A stretch of DNA of 41,731 nucleotides from Patescibacteria group bacterium (GTDB lineage Bacteria; Patescibacteriota; JACMRA01). Of the stretch, positions 1-8,502 are shown piece by piece. Location: contig JBBSJV010000001.1 of assembly GCA_038256935.1 (NCBI GenBank), forward strand, positions 1 to 41,731, read 5' to 3'. The notes beneath the pieces were generated by a model, which was not told the origin of the DNA, searched no databases, and worked only from the letters and a program-made list of their open reading frames with translations. The position numbers were made by a program, and so were the translations under genes. Positions within the stretch are counted from its first letter, which is position 1, and each line of letters begins with the position of its first letter.

Positions 1-470
1 CAGAAGTGGCAGCCACTGTGCATTTAGGAAGGGTGGGGGTGATTGCAAAATTACTTGATAAAACTATTAAGCTATTAAAATCAAAATATAATATTAATAC
101 CTCAAATCTGATTGTCTATTTTGCTCCTTCATTAAAACCAAAAAGTCACGCAGTATTAATCGATGTTGTAAAAAGCTTTGATCAAAAGTATTATAAACTA
201 TTACCAGTTGGAGAATATATTGTTTATAACCAAAGGCAGTTTGCAGACTTTAAAAAAACATCAGGATTAGGGGGTGGTGATATAAAATCACTGCAATCAG
301 CTTTGTTGGATCTTGATTCTTTAGTCATAGACAAATTGGTTGAAGCTGGGATAAGATTAGGAAACATTGAAATTCATCCTAGTGATACTTTTTCTGATCC
401 AATCTTTCATTCTTATCGCAGGGAATACCCTGAAAATGGACAAAACTATAGTTTTATTTTTTTGAAATGA
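1..470 (+). CDS. PgeF/YfiH (DUF152, laccase-domain) family protein, C-terminal part; the 5' end lies outside the window
   Basis: The reading frame of ORF 6..470 is open to the window edge. AATVHLGRVG aligns with the AAAHAGWRG region of E. coli YfiH. The tail FHSYRRE...YSFIFLK aligns with the FFSYRRD..GR..SFIWL C-terminus. Confidence 0.6.
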   Translation, partial: EVAATVHLGRVGVIAKLLDKTIKLLKSKYNINTSNLIVYFAPSLKPKSHAVLIDVVKSFDQKYYKLLPVGEYIVYNQRQFADFKKTSGLGGGDIKSLQSALLDLDSLVIDKLVEAGIRLGNIEIHPSDTFSDPIFHSYRREYPENGQNYSFIFLK

Positions 471-517
471 TTTGCGATTTATAGTGTAAAAACCAACTGT
501 TCGCTGACAAATAGACA

Positions 518-583
518 TGTCACCCTGAATTTATTTCAGGGTCTTTAAATAAAGGAAGTTTCTGAAAATAGTTTATAATGACA
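518..583. repeat. Inverted pair of TGTCA(C/T)-stem-loop elements (MITE/REP-like), near-copy of 8428..8502
   Basis: TGTCAC plus an 8-bp stem (522-529 with 535-542, loop TTTAT). 517-546 is identical to 8427-8456. The right end TTCTGAAAATAGTTTATAATGACA is a degraded mirror copy ending in ATGACA. Confidence 0.75.
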
Positions 584-659
584 AAAAAATATTGCCAATT
601 AATTTGATATTTATAATATGGTCGAGGTTACGATATCTCCTGAATTTTTCTAATTACTA

Positions 660-766
660 CCACCAAAGGGGATCCTGAAATAAATTGGATGACAGGTCTT
701 TCATTGTTCTTAAATTGACTTGTTCGTAACCACCAAAGGGGATCCTGAAACAAGTTCAGGATGACA
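660..766. repeat. Two direct copies (70-bp period) of the same element family, both ending in ATGACA
   Basis: CCACCAAAGGGGATCCTGAAA occurs at 660-680 and 730-750. The second copy is an intact hairpin, GGGGATCCTGAAACAAGTTCAGGATGACAC. The first copy carries a deletion in the 3' stem arm (..AAATTGGATGACAG). Confidence 0.75.
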
Positions 767-810
767 CACTTATTTACAAAAGACAAAAGGATTATGAAAG
801 ACTATAAAAA

Positions 811-1695
811 TTAACTATTCTCTTTGTTTTTCCAGCTAATCACAATCTTACCAGAGTTGATATCGCCGCTGCATTTGAGAACTGCATTTGGGAAGGTACT
901 TGCAAACCTATCTGCTTTTTGCACCACTTCTTCTGGTAATCTGTGACCAATTGTCTTGATCCTGACTAGAGGCCTTAATTGTTTGCGAGCAGCTATTAAA
1001 GCTATAATTTCTTTGACAGTGAGGTTTTTAGCCAGTATCAAAGTTAGAATTTCATCTTGTTCATTATGCTCCAATGGTACTAGATTTCTGGCTTGACCTT
1101 CTCCAATTAGATTATCAATCAGAGCTTGTTTGACTGATTTGGAAAGGCCTAAAAGTCTGAGGTAGTTTTTGACGTATTGAACTGAATTTCCAAGTAGGGT
1201 TGCAAGTTGTTCTTCATCGATTTGCTGAGTCAGCATCAACATTCTAAAAGTTTGAGCTAGCTCAATTGGATTGAGATCTTCTCTTTGCAGATTCTCCATC
1301 GCACTAAGCATGGCTTGTTGGGACTCACTAAGGCTTTCTTCAGGGCGAACTACAGCCAGAATAGTTTTCCAACCTAAGGATTTTACAGCTCGCAGTCTCC
1401 TCTCCCCAGCAAGTAAGATAAACTCAGCAGTTGTTGAAGAAGTTACTTTTTTTTGAATTACGACAACAGGTTGAATAAGACCTTGCTCTGATATATTTTT
1501 GGCTAAGCTTTCGATTTTTTCAGGCTCAAAATAATTTCTGGTTTGATAAGGGCTTAATTTGATCTGCTCAAGGGGAATTTCTCGGATATTGTAGTTGCTA
1601 CCAGTATCAGTTAAACCCGAATCGTTACTAAGGTTTACAGAGCTTTGACCAAAGTAGTCATCCAATATATTGTCTAATGATTTTCCAAGAGGCAC
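811..1695 (-). CDS. parB: Chromosome partitioning protein ParB/Spo0J
   Basis: N-terminal GKSLDNILDD, the ParB box LIQPVVV...LLAGERRLRAVKSLGW, and an HTH region. Length 294 aa. Confidence 0.9.
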   Translation of the reverse strand: MPLGKSLDNILDDYFGQSSVNLSNDSGLTDTGSNYNIREIPLEQIKLSPYQTRNYFEPEKIESLAKNISEQGLIQPVVVIQKKVTSSTTAEFILLAGERRLRAVKSLGWKTILAVVRPEESLSESQQAMLSAMENLQREDLNPIELAQTFRMLMLTQQIDEEQLATLLGNSVQYVKNYLRLLGLSKSVKQALIDNLIGEGQARNLVPLEHNEQDEILTLILAKNLTVKEIIALIAARKQLRPLVRIKTIGHRLPEEVVQKADRFASTFPNAVLKCSGDINSGKIVISWKNKENS

Positions 1696-1755
1696 AAGGT
1701 TTATTTAGATTAATTACTTAGTCTTTATCAGCTTATCTTTCTAGTCAAATAAAGC

Positions 1756-2400
1756 TTAGGCTTGTAAGGCTTGAGGTACTTTTACCTTGAGAAGCGCTTC
1801 TCTAAGAATTGGTTTAAGATCCGTTGGGTCAAGGGCTAAGTCTGTAAATTCAGTTTCCACGTAGAACCCTTTATCAGAGGCAACCTTAGCATCTTTTGGT
1901 AGGAAGCTAGAATTAGTTTTATTGGCGTGGATAGAGTATTTTAAGCCTTGTTTATCTAGTATTTGTAATAAACTCTTTACAAAGTCTTGATACCCACCTT
2001 TCTCAAAATAATGATCCAAAGCCTTTTCAATAACCATAAAGATCTTGGCAGTGAGCTGGTATTCTGTGTCTTTTAAATCATTTATCTCAATTTCGATCTT
2101 CTCCAACTGCATTCTTTGTTTGTGATCAGTTTGCAACTTCTCTTTGTATCTTTTGGACTCACCATCGTAGTGGGATTTGAGACTTGTGATATCAGTTTCA
2201 AGTTTTAAGACTTGCTCCTTTAATAGATCTGCTTCTTTTAGTAAATCATTGATTCTTTGAAGCTGGGAAAATTGTACGGTGGACATATATTTTTTGTGGT
2301 TAAAAAAGCCTGACTTGTCAATATCTGATCTAAATCTACACACATATTCATAAATCCGCGACACCGGTATTATAATATTATCAAAATATAACTCAAACAA
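1756..2400 (-). CDS. Hypothetical coiled-coil protein (true start probably the ATG at 2286, MSTVQFSQLQ)
   Basis: Long ORF with a heptad-rich Lys/Glu/Leu N-terminal half. I recognised no family. Confidence 0.5.
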   Translation of the reverse strand: MFELYFDNIIIPVSRIYEYVCRFRSDIDKSGFFNHKKYMSTVQFSQLQRINDLLKEADLLKEQVLKLETDITSLKSHYDGESKRYKEKLQTDHKQRMQLEKIEIEINDLKDTEYQLTAKIFMVIEKALDHYFEKGGYQDFVKSLLQILDKQGLKYSIHANKTNSSFLPKDAKVASDKGFYVETEFTDLALDPTDLKPILREALLKVKVPQALQA

Positions 2401-2462
2401 TGGTCACCTGCATCTTATAGATTTAAATCCTAAGTTAAAAATTGCTTACTTAATTATTTTAT

Positions 2463-3278
2463 TTAAGTTAGGCGAACTCCAAGGGTATCTTTAACAATCT
2501 TATCAAAAAAAGTCTGATCTCCTGCATTGCCAGTACTTGCTAAGTTGAAACTAGTGACAAAGACATGAGTTCCAAGATCTTTTTGTAAGTACGAGACAAT
2601 GTTATCATGGTCTGTATCGATCATTATTAACTCGATTGACTTATGAGTTTCCAAAACTTTTTTAATTTCTTGGCTTAAAAGCTTAACATCCTCAACAAAA
2701 GCTACAGTAAGGCAGCCTTGCGATGTAAAAAGCGGGAAAAACTGAGGCTCAGTAAGTATCAAAATTTGAGGTTCTGGAGAGGTGTATTCAGCAAACTTTC
2801 CAGGTTTTAATTGATTAAGATCTGTGGTTGTTCCTGAAAAATTACTACTACTTAGCTTGTAAATGACTTTAAGAGCATATCCTAGGACTAAATCTTGTTC
2901 TTCAGTTAAAGTTTTAGTTTGATTAACAAGTTCCAAAAGCTCATTATCTTTTTCGCCGCCTCGAATCCAATCCAAAATATCAAGCTGGAACTCACTGTAA
3001 TCAGTGGATTGGCTATTGGATTTGAAAAACGGACTTGTTAGTTCTTGCCAGATCGCTTTGGCTTTGGGGAGGCTACTTTGAGTTAAAACTTGGCTGAATT
3101 TATTGATAAAATGGTCTTTGATGGCTTGTCTAATCTCAGTGTCATTCATCCCATAATAGTCATCAGGATTAAGCTCACCAAGACCTAGTAGATTAACATT
3201 AGCCACAGTAGAACTAGACAATTCGGAGGGAAACTTTTCTAATTCCTTATCATAGTAGAAGATATCGCCAAGAAGCAT
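2463..3278 (-). CDS. Hypothetical protein (271 aa)
   Basis: Long ORF directly upstream of the coiled-coil gene and parB on the same strand. No Walker A motif and no recognised motif. Confidence 0.5.
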   Translation of the reverse strand: MLLGDIFYYDKELEKFPSELSSSTVANVNLLGLGELNPDDYYGMNDTEIRQAIKDHFINKFSQVLTQSSLPKAKAIWQELTSPFFKSNSQSTDYSEFQLDILDWIRGGEKDNELLELVNQTKTLTEEQDLVLGYALKVIYKLSSSNFSGTTTDLNQLKPGKFAEYTSPEPQILILTEPQFFPLFTSQGCLTVAFVEDVKLLSQEIKKVLETHKSIELIMIDTDHDNIVSYLQKDLGTHVFVTSFNLASTGNAGDQTFFDKIVKDTLGVRLT

Positions 3279-3343
3279 GATATAACTAATAAATATATTT
3301 GATTTGTAGTCAATTTGAAATTTTTATAATTAATTAACTTATT

Positions 3344-3952
3344 ATGGAATCAAATACTGAAATGTTTTTTCAACAATTAATATCAATAGATGCTAAAGAG
3401 CTTACTAACTTGGCTTCCATGATAATGTACTTGAATCAAGTAAGATATATTTTATGTGATCCCACTGATTCAGATTCAGATATTAGAAAAAATCTTTCTT
3501 GGATTAATTATCTTCGAGTTCGAAATGAAAATTACTTTAGAGAATGGTTTTTTACAACTAAAGAGAGGTTAGACTATAAAGACGGAAAAGGTGCTATTAC
3601 AATTATCAAAGAAGAGACTGAAGATTGTAAATTAAGAGCCCTAATCTTTTTGGAGTATTTATGTTTCGAAGGTTATTGGAATTTTAACAAGAATTCAATT
3701 ATACCACAAACAAGCTTTAGTTTTGAACCGAGTCTTTACTGTGAAGCAATAGTCATAGTAAGAGAATTTATAGAAATTGATCAGTGTATTGATCGAAGTG
3801 AATTAGTTTTGAATGCAGACTTAGATGTTAATGCAAAGGGCACGATTAAGAAAGGCCTAAAAGATAAGATTAAACATATTATTAGTCAATTAAAACAACA
3901 TAATTTCATCGAGCTGGAGATAAGACAGGTTTTAGATTATAAGCTTTTTTAA
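3344..3952 (+). CDS. Hypothetical protein (202 aa)
   Basis: ORF transcribed divergently from 2463..3278. No recognised motif. Confidence 0.45.
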   Translation: MESNTEMFFQQLISIDAKELTNLASMIMYLNQVRYILCDPTDSDSDIRKNLSWINYLRVRNENYFREWFFTTKERLDYKDGKGAITIIKEETEDCKLRALIFLEYLCFEGYWNFNKNSIIPQTSFSFEPSLYCEAIVIVREFIEIDQCIDRSELVLNADLDVNAKGTIKKGLKDKIKHIISQLKQHNFIELEIRQVLDYKLF

Positions 3953-4006
3953 ATATAAAGTGTTTAATATATTTACAATACTGTAGCATTATGTATTTAT
4001 ATTTTC

Positions 4007-5044
4007 ATGAATACCTACAGTAACTACAAACAAAAATATTTTGATTTTTTCATTGATAAATTTGGTTTCGAATCTGATCTTACTCCCCTTGAAATTGATT
4101 TTAAAAAGCCTTGGTGGCAGGTGCTGGTTGCTCAAAAATTTAAAGTGCTGATTGTGCTTTTTAGTGTGTTTTTAGATAATGGTTTTACACTTTTAGTACC
4201 GCTTGCTCTGGCTTATGCCTTATCTAGTCAATCTATTGATTATCTGTGGTATTTACTTTTTGCTTGGGCTGGAGTCAGTGTGTTTAGATTTATTACTTAT
4301 AGGTGGGAATTACTTTTGTATGGAGTGAGTGAATATAGTGTCAGAAAAGCGGCTAATCAGTTTTTCTTAACTGTAGATCCAAAGTATCATACTACCAAAG
4401 ACAGTGGACAAATTATCAGTAAAGTAGATCGTGGGGTAGGTGGGTATGAAAGGCTTTTGGATGTTGTTTTAATCAACCTATTTCCATTTTTCTCTCGCCT
4501 GCTTACAATTGTTTTTAGTCTGATTTGGATTGATTTGAGAATTGGCTTACTTTCTGCTCTAGTATTAACAATTTTATTAGTAATCAATACAATTATCACA
4601 ATATTTAACTCCGAAGCTTTTGAAGAAGGGTTGATCCCTTTATTTGATAAATCCAAAAGTGTGGAGCTAGAAAACCTGCAACAAAATCAGTTAATCAGAT
4701 CCACTTTTGCCACCCCAGAGCAACTCCAAAAATCCTCCTTTAGATTCAAAAAAGTAACTACCGCGATGATGGTTCAGTTTCAAACCTTTTTTGTCTGGAA
4801 TTTACTAATTAGAATTCTGTATGTGCTAGCCACAATCTTTATTACTTGGCTGATATTAGATAAAATCAATCAAGGAGAATTATCGACTGAAATTGCAATC
4901 GGAGCCATTATTACCTTTGTAAATTGATCTAGTGGGTTGCTATGGATAGGGACTCAAGTAAGAAGTTTTATTTCTTCCACGGTTAAAATCAATGATTTGT
5001 TTGAGTTTATTAGAGGGTTTGGGAAGCAGGGGTTTCCGGTTTAA
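4007..5044 (+). pseudogene. Decayed ABC exporter gene: transmembrane domain only, with an in-frame TGA at 4925-4927 and no nucleotide-binding domain
   Basis: Six-helix ABC_membrane-like sequence. The same frame continues after the TGA (SSGLLWIGTQVRSFISSTVKINDLFEFIRGFGKQGFPV) to a TAA at 5042-5044. This is the point where an NBD would normally begin. Repeats follow instead. Confidence 0.65.
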
Positions 5045-5067
5045 TTATTGATTCGGTGTAACTTCAA

Positions 5068-5248
5068 TGTCATCTCGAAGGCACTGAGAGATCCCATACG
5101 GTGGCTGGGTATAAATCAATTAAGGCGAAAAAAAACGTGGTGAACTTGTTTCAGTATATTTGAAAAAGTATCAACAAAAAATTAATGACCTTACTCTTGA
5201 ATTCAACCATGCAATACTAAGGGGTTTCTCGCTTTGCTCGAGATGACG
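5068..5248. repeat. Inverted pair of TGTCAT-stem-loop-ATCCC elements
   Basis: Left end TGTCATCTCGAAGGCACTGAGAGATCCC (5068-5095). Right end GGGGTTTCTCGCTTTGCTCGAGATGACG (5221-5248), in the opposite orientation. Confidence 0.75.
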
Positions 5249-5297
5249 GATGAGAATAATAAAATCTTAAACACTCAATATCTTAAGATTAGATTCT

Positions 5298-5345
5298 GGG
5301 AAGCCAGAGGCATACCTAGAAAACGGGAAGCCAGAGGCATACCCC
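5298..5345. repeat. Tandem direct repeat GGGAAGCCAGAGGCATACC x2 (27-bp period)
   Basis: Copies at 5298-5316 and 5325-5343. A related inverted copy, GGGGTATGCTTTAGCTTCCC, lies at 26048-26067. Confidence 0.7.
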
Positions 5346-5347
5346 TA

Positions 5348-6202
5348 CTAGAAAATTTTAACTAAAAAACCGCTCGGTAGTTTGATTCCTGATGCACAGT
5401 TTTGGACTATTTCAGCTACTTCTACTTTTTTGCCTTCAAATAATCTGGAGCAAAGGACTTCTAGTGTGATCGGGGTAAATCTTGGGGAGTGAAGAGTCAA
5501 AACCAACTTTCCATCTTGAGTTAAAAGATCCCTCGCTGTCTTTAGAAGGTTTAATAAATCATCTTCGATTTTAAAAACTTCCCCCTTGGTTCCACGGCCA
5601 AAACTTGGGGCATCGATCATGATTCCTGGGTATTTACTTTCTCTTCTTTGTTCTCTTGCTAAAAACTTATAAGCATCTTCCAGGATCAATCTTTGACCTT
5701 CACGGCTAAGCTCATTTTCAGCTAGATTATAGACATAAGTATCAATGGCACTTTTACTAGAATCCACTGCTGTGACTCTAAATCCAGCTTCTACCAAGCT
5801 TACGCAATTGCTTCCTGAATAGGTAAAGAGGTTTAAAACAGGCCCTGGTTTTCTAAAAAAATCTTTCAGACTAGGAGCATATGTCCAATGCTCTGTAAAG
5901 ACTCCGATATTTCCAAAATCATTAGGTTCGACTTGCCATTTTAATCCGTCATTTGACTCGATTATCCACTGGTGAGGCACTCCCATTCCTACAGCTTTAC
6001 GTTTGACACCATCTGGGACTTTGCGAGGGTGCCAGCTACCTTTTTCTCCAACCTCACGCACAAATTCACTATCGACATCAACCCACAGGCTAGGATCCAT
6101 TGGCTCCCATAGTGCTTGAGGGCAGGGACGGATGACTTTATAATCCCCTAGCATTTCCAGTTTTTGTTGATTACCACAATCCAGTAAAACGTATTTTGAC
6201 AT
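5348..6202 (-). CDS. Class I SAM-dependent methyltransferase, RlmI/RlmK-like (probable rRNA methyltransferase)
   Basis: SAM motif VLNLFTYSGSNCVSL..AGFRVTAVDSS, the catalytic-type motif IDAPSFGRG (compare DPPxF), and the tail GKLVLTLHS. Confidence 0.75.
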   Translation of the reverse strand: MSKYVLLDCGNQQKLEMLGDYKVIRPCPQALWEPMDPSLWVDVDSEFVREVGEKGSWHPRKVPDGVKRKAVGMGVPHQWIIESNDGLKWQVEPNDFGNIGVFTEHWTYAPSLKDFFRKPGPVLNLFTYSGSNCVSLVEAGFRVTAVDSSKSAIDTYVYNLAENELSREGQRLILEDAYKFLAREQRRESKYPGIMIDAPSFGRGTKGEVFKIEDDLLNLLKTARDLLTQDGKLVLTLHSPRFTPITLEVLCSRLFEGKKVEVAEIVQNCASGIKLPSGFLVKIF

Positions 6203-6270
6203 ATTATTATTTGATTAAATCAAGCTAAATAGAGCTTTGTATTATTGCTTTTGTCAAACTGTAAAAGCCA

Positions 6271-6675
6271 CTATAAAAACTCGACCTTAAATTCCTTTTC
6301 AAATTTTTTATACTCATGATCCAGAGTCAAGATTGGTAGTGAAAGTTTGTTTGATAAAATTAAGTTAAAGCAATCGATATAAGCAATTCCACCCCTATTC
6401 TTGAGCTTAGCTGCATTTATACAGTCTGCAGTTGAGTGAGTATGGATCTGAAGGTCGTAGATATTGACTAAATCATCGATAAAACTAGACACAATCTTTT
6501 CATTTCTATATCTACACCCAACAAAATATACTTCACCTAATATAAGATTTGAAATGTGTAGGTTTAGCTGACTATTAAAGGCTTGATTTAGTATTTTTTC
6601 CATTTTATTCGCCTGCTTATCACCATTTAAAAAACAAATTAAACTACAAGCATCCAAAATGTATTCCTTATTCAT
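6271..6675 (-). CDS. vapC: PIN-domain toxin VapC (start moved to the ATG at 6675, MNKEYILDACSLI)
   Basis: PIN acidic residues are present (ILDAC.., GEVYF, IDCFNL, LDHE). With this start the gene overlaps the antitoxin stop by 8 nt. Confidence 0.8.
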   Translation of the reverse strand: MNKEYILDACSLICFLNGDKQANKMEKILNQAFNSQLNLHISNLILGEVYFVGCRYRNEKIVSSFIDDLVNIYDLQIHTHSTADCINAAKLKNRGGIAYIDCFNLILSNKLSLPILTLDHEYKKFEKEFKVEFL

Positions 6676-6943
6676 AAACTTTATCACTTTTACTTTCATC
6701 TCCAGATCTCTCTTTTCTGATTAAATCCACTGCAGACTCGTTGGTATTAATTGATCCTTTATATTTACCTATATTATCCTTGAGAAGCATCAACTCAATA
6801 TTTCCTTTAGTATTTATAATGGCTTTGTATTTACTACCTTTTGTGGCTCCAATATTTTTGGTGATGCCACTTGGAATTGTGATTTGATTTTTATCACGTT
6901 GGGTTATAATGGGCGTACTTGATTTTAAGTAAGACATAATCAT
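6668..6943 (-). CDS. vapB: AbrB/SpoVT-type antitoxin VapB
   Basis: QITIPSGITKNIGATKGSKYKAI..GNIEL matches a SpoVT-AbrB swapped-hairpin motif. The C-terminal tail is acidic. The gene sits immediately upstream of the PIN gene. Confidence 0.7.
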   Translation of the reverse strand: MIMSYLKSSTPIITQRDKNQITIPSGITKNIGATKGSKYKAIINTKGNIELMLLKDNIGKYKGSINTNESAVDLIRKERSGDESKSDKVYE

Positions 6944-6988
6944 TTGGTAATACTAAAATATTAGTTGGAAAATTTGTTAATGTCAAAC

Positions 6989-7366
6989 TCAATTTGTACC
7001 CTCTTTTCTGTGTTTTCTCTTTAACTTCCAATATGCTTTATCATCGCCTTTTACAAGATCAGCTGGGTATTTGAGAGCTACTTTATCTAGCTTATCATTA
7101 ATTATCGTGCTAACATCCAGATCTAGTTTATCAGCCAGTTGCAGACAATAGATCATTACATCAGCAAGTTCTTCTCCGATATCTTGGAGTTTTTTGGGGC
7201 TAGCTTTAATCTCTTCCTTGCTAGGTTCAGACCACTGGAAATGTTCTAATAGTTCACCCGCTTCAATCGTGATCGACTTGACCAGTGAAGATGGGTTTAG
7301 ATTATCCCAGCCTCGTTCTTGTAAATGTTTTTGAATTCTTGTGATTAATTTGTGAATGTCGGACAT
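6989..7366 (-). CDS. MazG-like nucleoside triphosphate pyrophosphohydrolase (small all-alpha type)
   Basis: ITIEAGELLEHFQW ... EELADVMIYCLQLADKLDLD is a typical EExxE / ExxD MazG motif pair. Length 125 aa. Confidence 0.8.
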   Translation of the reverse strand: MSDIHKLITRIQKHLQERGWDNLNPSSLVKSITIEAGELLEHFQWSEPSKEEIKASPKKLQDIGEELADVMIYCLQLADKLDLDVSTIINDKLDKVALKYPADLVKGDDKAYWKLKRKHRKEGTN

Positions 7367-7415
7367 ATTTTTTTAAATTAAAGTCACTGTGTTACTTAAT
7401 AAGTTAGAATCAAGT

Positions 7416-8360
7416 TCAGATCTTTTCCAACACTCTCAGCTTCCCACTCCTTGATCTGACATTTGCCTTTACTTCTTGCTCTGTTGGCTCGATTGGATGT
7501 TTTGTAAGGAGTTTATAATGTTGCTCTTTGTTGCCAAAATCATCGGTATTAATGGGTTTACTGGCTTGTCTCATAAATTTGGTGATCAGCTTATCTTCAA
7601 GGCTATGAAAACTTACAATTATCAATTTTCCATCTGCTTTTAATTTATCGAGACTAACTGGTAAAAACTCTTCTAGTTCTTGCAATTCCCCATTGGTCCA
7701 GATCCTTAAGGCTTGCCAGACACGACTTAGGATTTGTTTGCTTTTATGGCGAACTTTTTGAGGTAGAACGGTTTCTATTGCAGTAGTCACTTCTGATACC
7801 TTTAAAGGTACTTGACCTCTAGTTTTTTTGGTTTCCAAGGCTAGTTCAAAAATGGCAATCGAGATCATTTTACTAAAAGATTCACCGCTGTAGGTGTAAA
7901 TGATTTTTTGAAGATCATAAGCTTCACCGAGTTCATAAATCTTTTGCCAAGCAGGTGTGTCGTTATCAAAATCATATCTAAGGTCAAGATCTTCTTCGCC
8001 TTTTTGATAACTAAAACCGCGACCGCTGAATTCTAATTGATTACTTGAATACCCTAGATCGCAAACGATATAATCAAAAAAATTGTTATCAAAATCTTGT
8101 AATCTGTCGATAAAGTGACCTTGTTTTAAAATTAACTGTTTGCCTTGGATTTCTTTTTCAAACTTTTCTTGCCCTTTTTGTACTGCACTTGGGTCAGCGT
8201 CGCAACTAAAAACTTTGTGATTTTGATCTAAAAACTTTGCAGTGTAGCCACCACCACCAAAAGTTCCTTCAAAGACCGCTCCTTGTTTTTGGGTAAAGGT
8301 TAGGATTGGTTCAATCAAGACCGATGTGTGGAGGTTTTTGGTTGGGTTTGATCTAGTCAT
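7416..8360 (-). CDS. rsmH: 16S rRNA (cytosine1402-N4)-methyltransferase RsmH
   Basis: HTSVLIEPIL, GTFGGGGY, DLGYSSNQL, SFHSLEDKLITKF and NVRSRSGKLRVLEK. Confidence 0.92.
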   Translation of the reverse strand: MTRSNPTKNLHTSVLIEPILTFTQKQGAVFEGTFGGGGYTAKFLDQNHKVFSCDADPSAVQKGQEKFEKEIQGKQLILKQGHFIDRLQDFDNNFFDYIVCDLGYSSNQLEFSGRGFSYQKGEEDLDLRYDFDNDTPAWQKIYELGEAYDLQKIIYTYSGESFSKMISIAIFELALETKKTRGQVPLKVSEVTTAIETVLPQKVRHKSKQILSRVWQALRIWTNGELQELEEFLPVSLDKLKADGKLIIVSFHSLEDKLITKFMRQASKPINTDDFGNKEQHYKLLTKHPIEPTEQEVKANVRSRSGKLRVLEKI

Positions 8361-8427
8361 TAAAGAATATTAAAGTCCATTTAAAATAAGTCTTTAGTGG
8401 TATACGATTTTGTAATTGTGGTTAATA

Positions 8428-8502
8428 TGTCACCCTGAATTTATTTCAGGGTCTTTTAATTATACAATAGAAGAAAGATTCTGAAACGTGTTCAGAATGA
8501 CA
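8428..8502. repeat. Inverted pair of TGTCA(C/T)-stem-loop elements (best-preserved copy)
   Basis: Left end TGTCACCCTGAATTTATTTCAGGGTC. Right end GATTCTGAAACGTGTTCAGAATGACA. The two stems differ but each is self-complementary. Confidence 0.8.

Noticed and set aside
1271-1456. 61-aa plus-strand ORF.
   Set aside because: It lies entirely antisense within parB, which has strong family motifs.
2287-2400. The N-terminal 38 codons of ORF 1756..2400 (MFELYFDNIIIPVSRIYEYV...).
   Set aside because: This is probably an upstream extension. The coiled-coil protein more plausibly starts at the ATG at 2286. The full ORF coordinates are kept in the feature with a note.
4387-4656. 89-aa minus-strand ORF.
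   Set aside because: It lies antisense within the ABC transmembrane-domain ORF.
4925-4927. The in-frame TGA in the ABC-exporter ORF might indicate UGA recoding (code 25 or code 4), as in some candidate phyla.
   Set aside because: rsmH (stop at 7416-7418) and the mazG-like gene (stop at 6989-6991) end at TGA exactly where their families normally end. All long conserved genes are intact under the standard code. A premature stop in a decaying gene is the simpler explanation.
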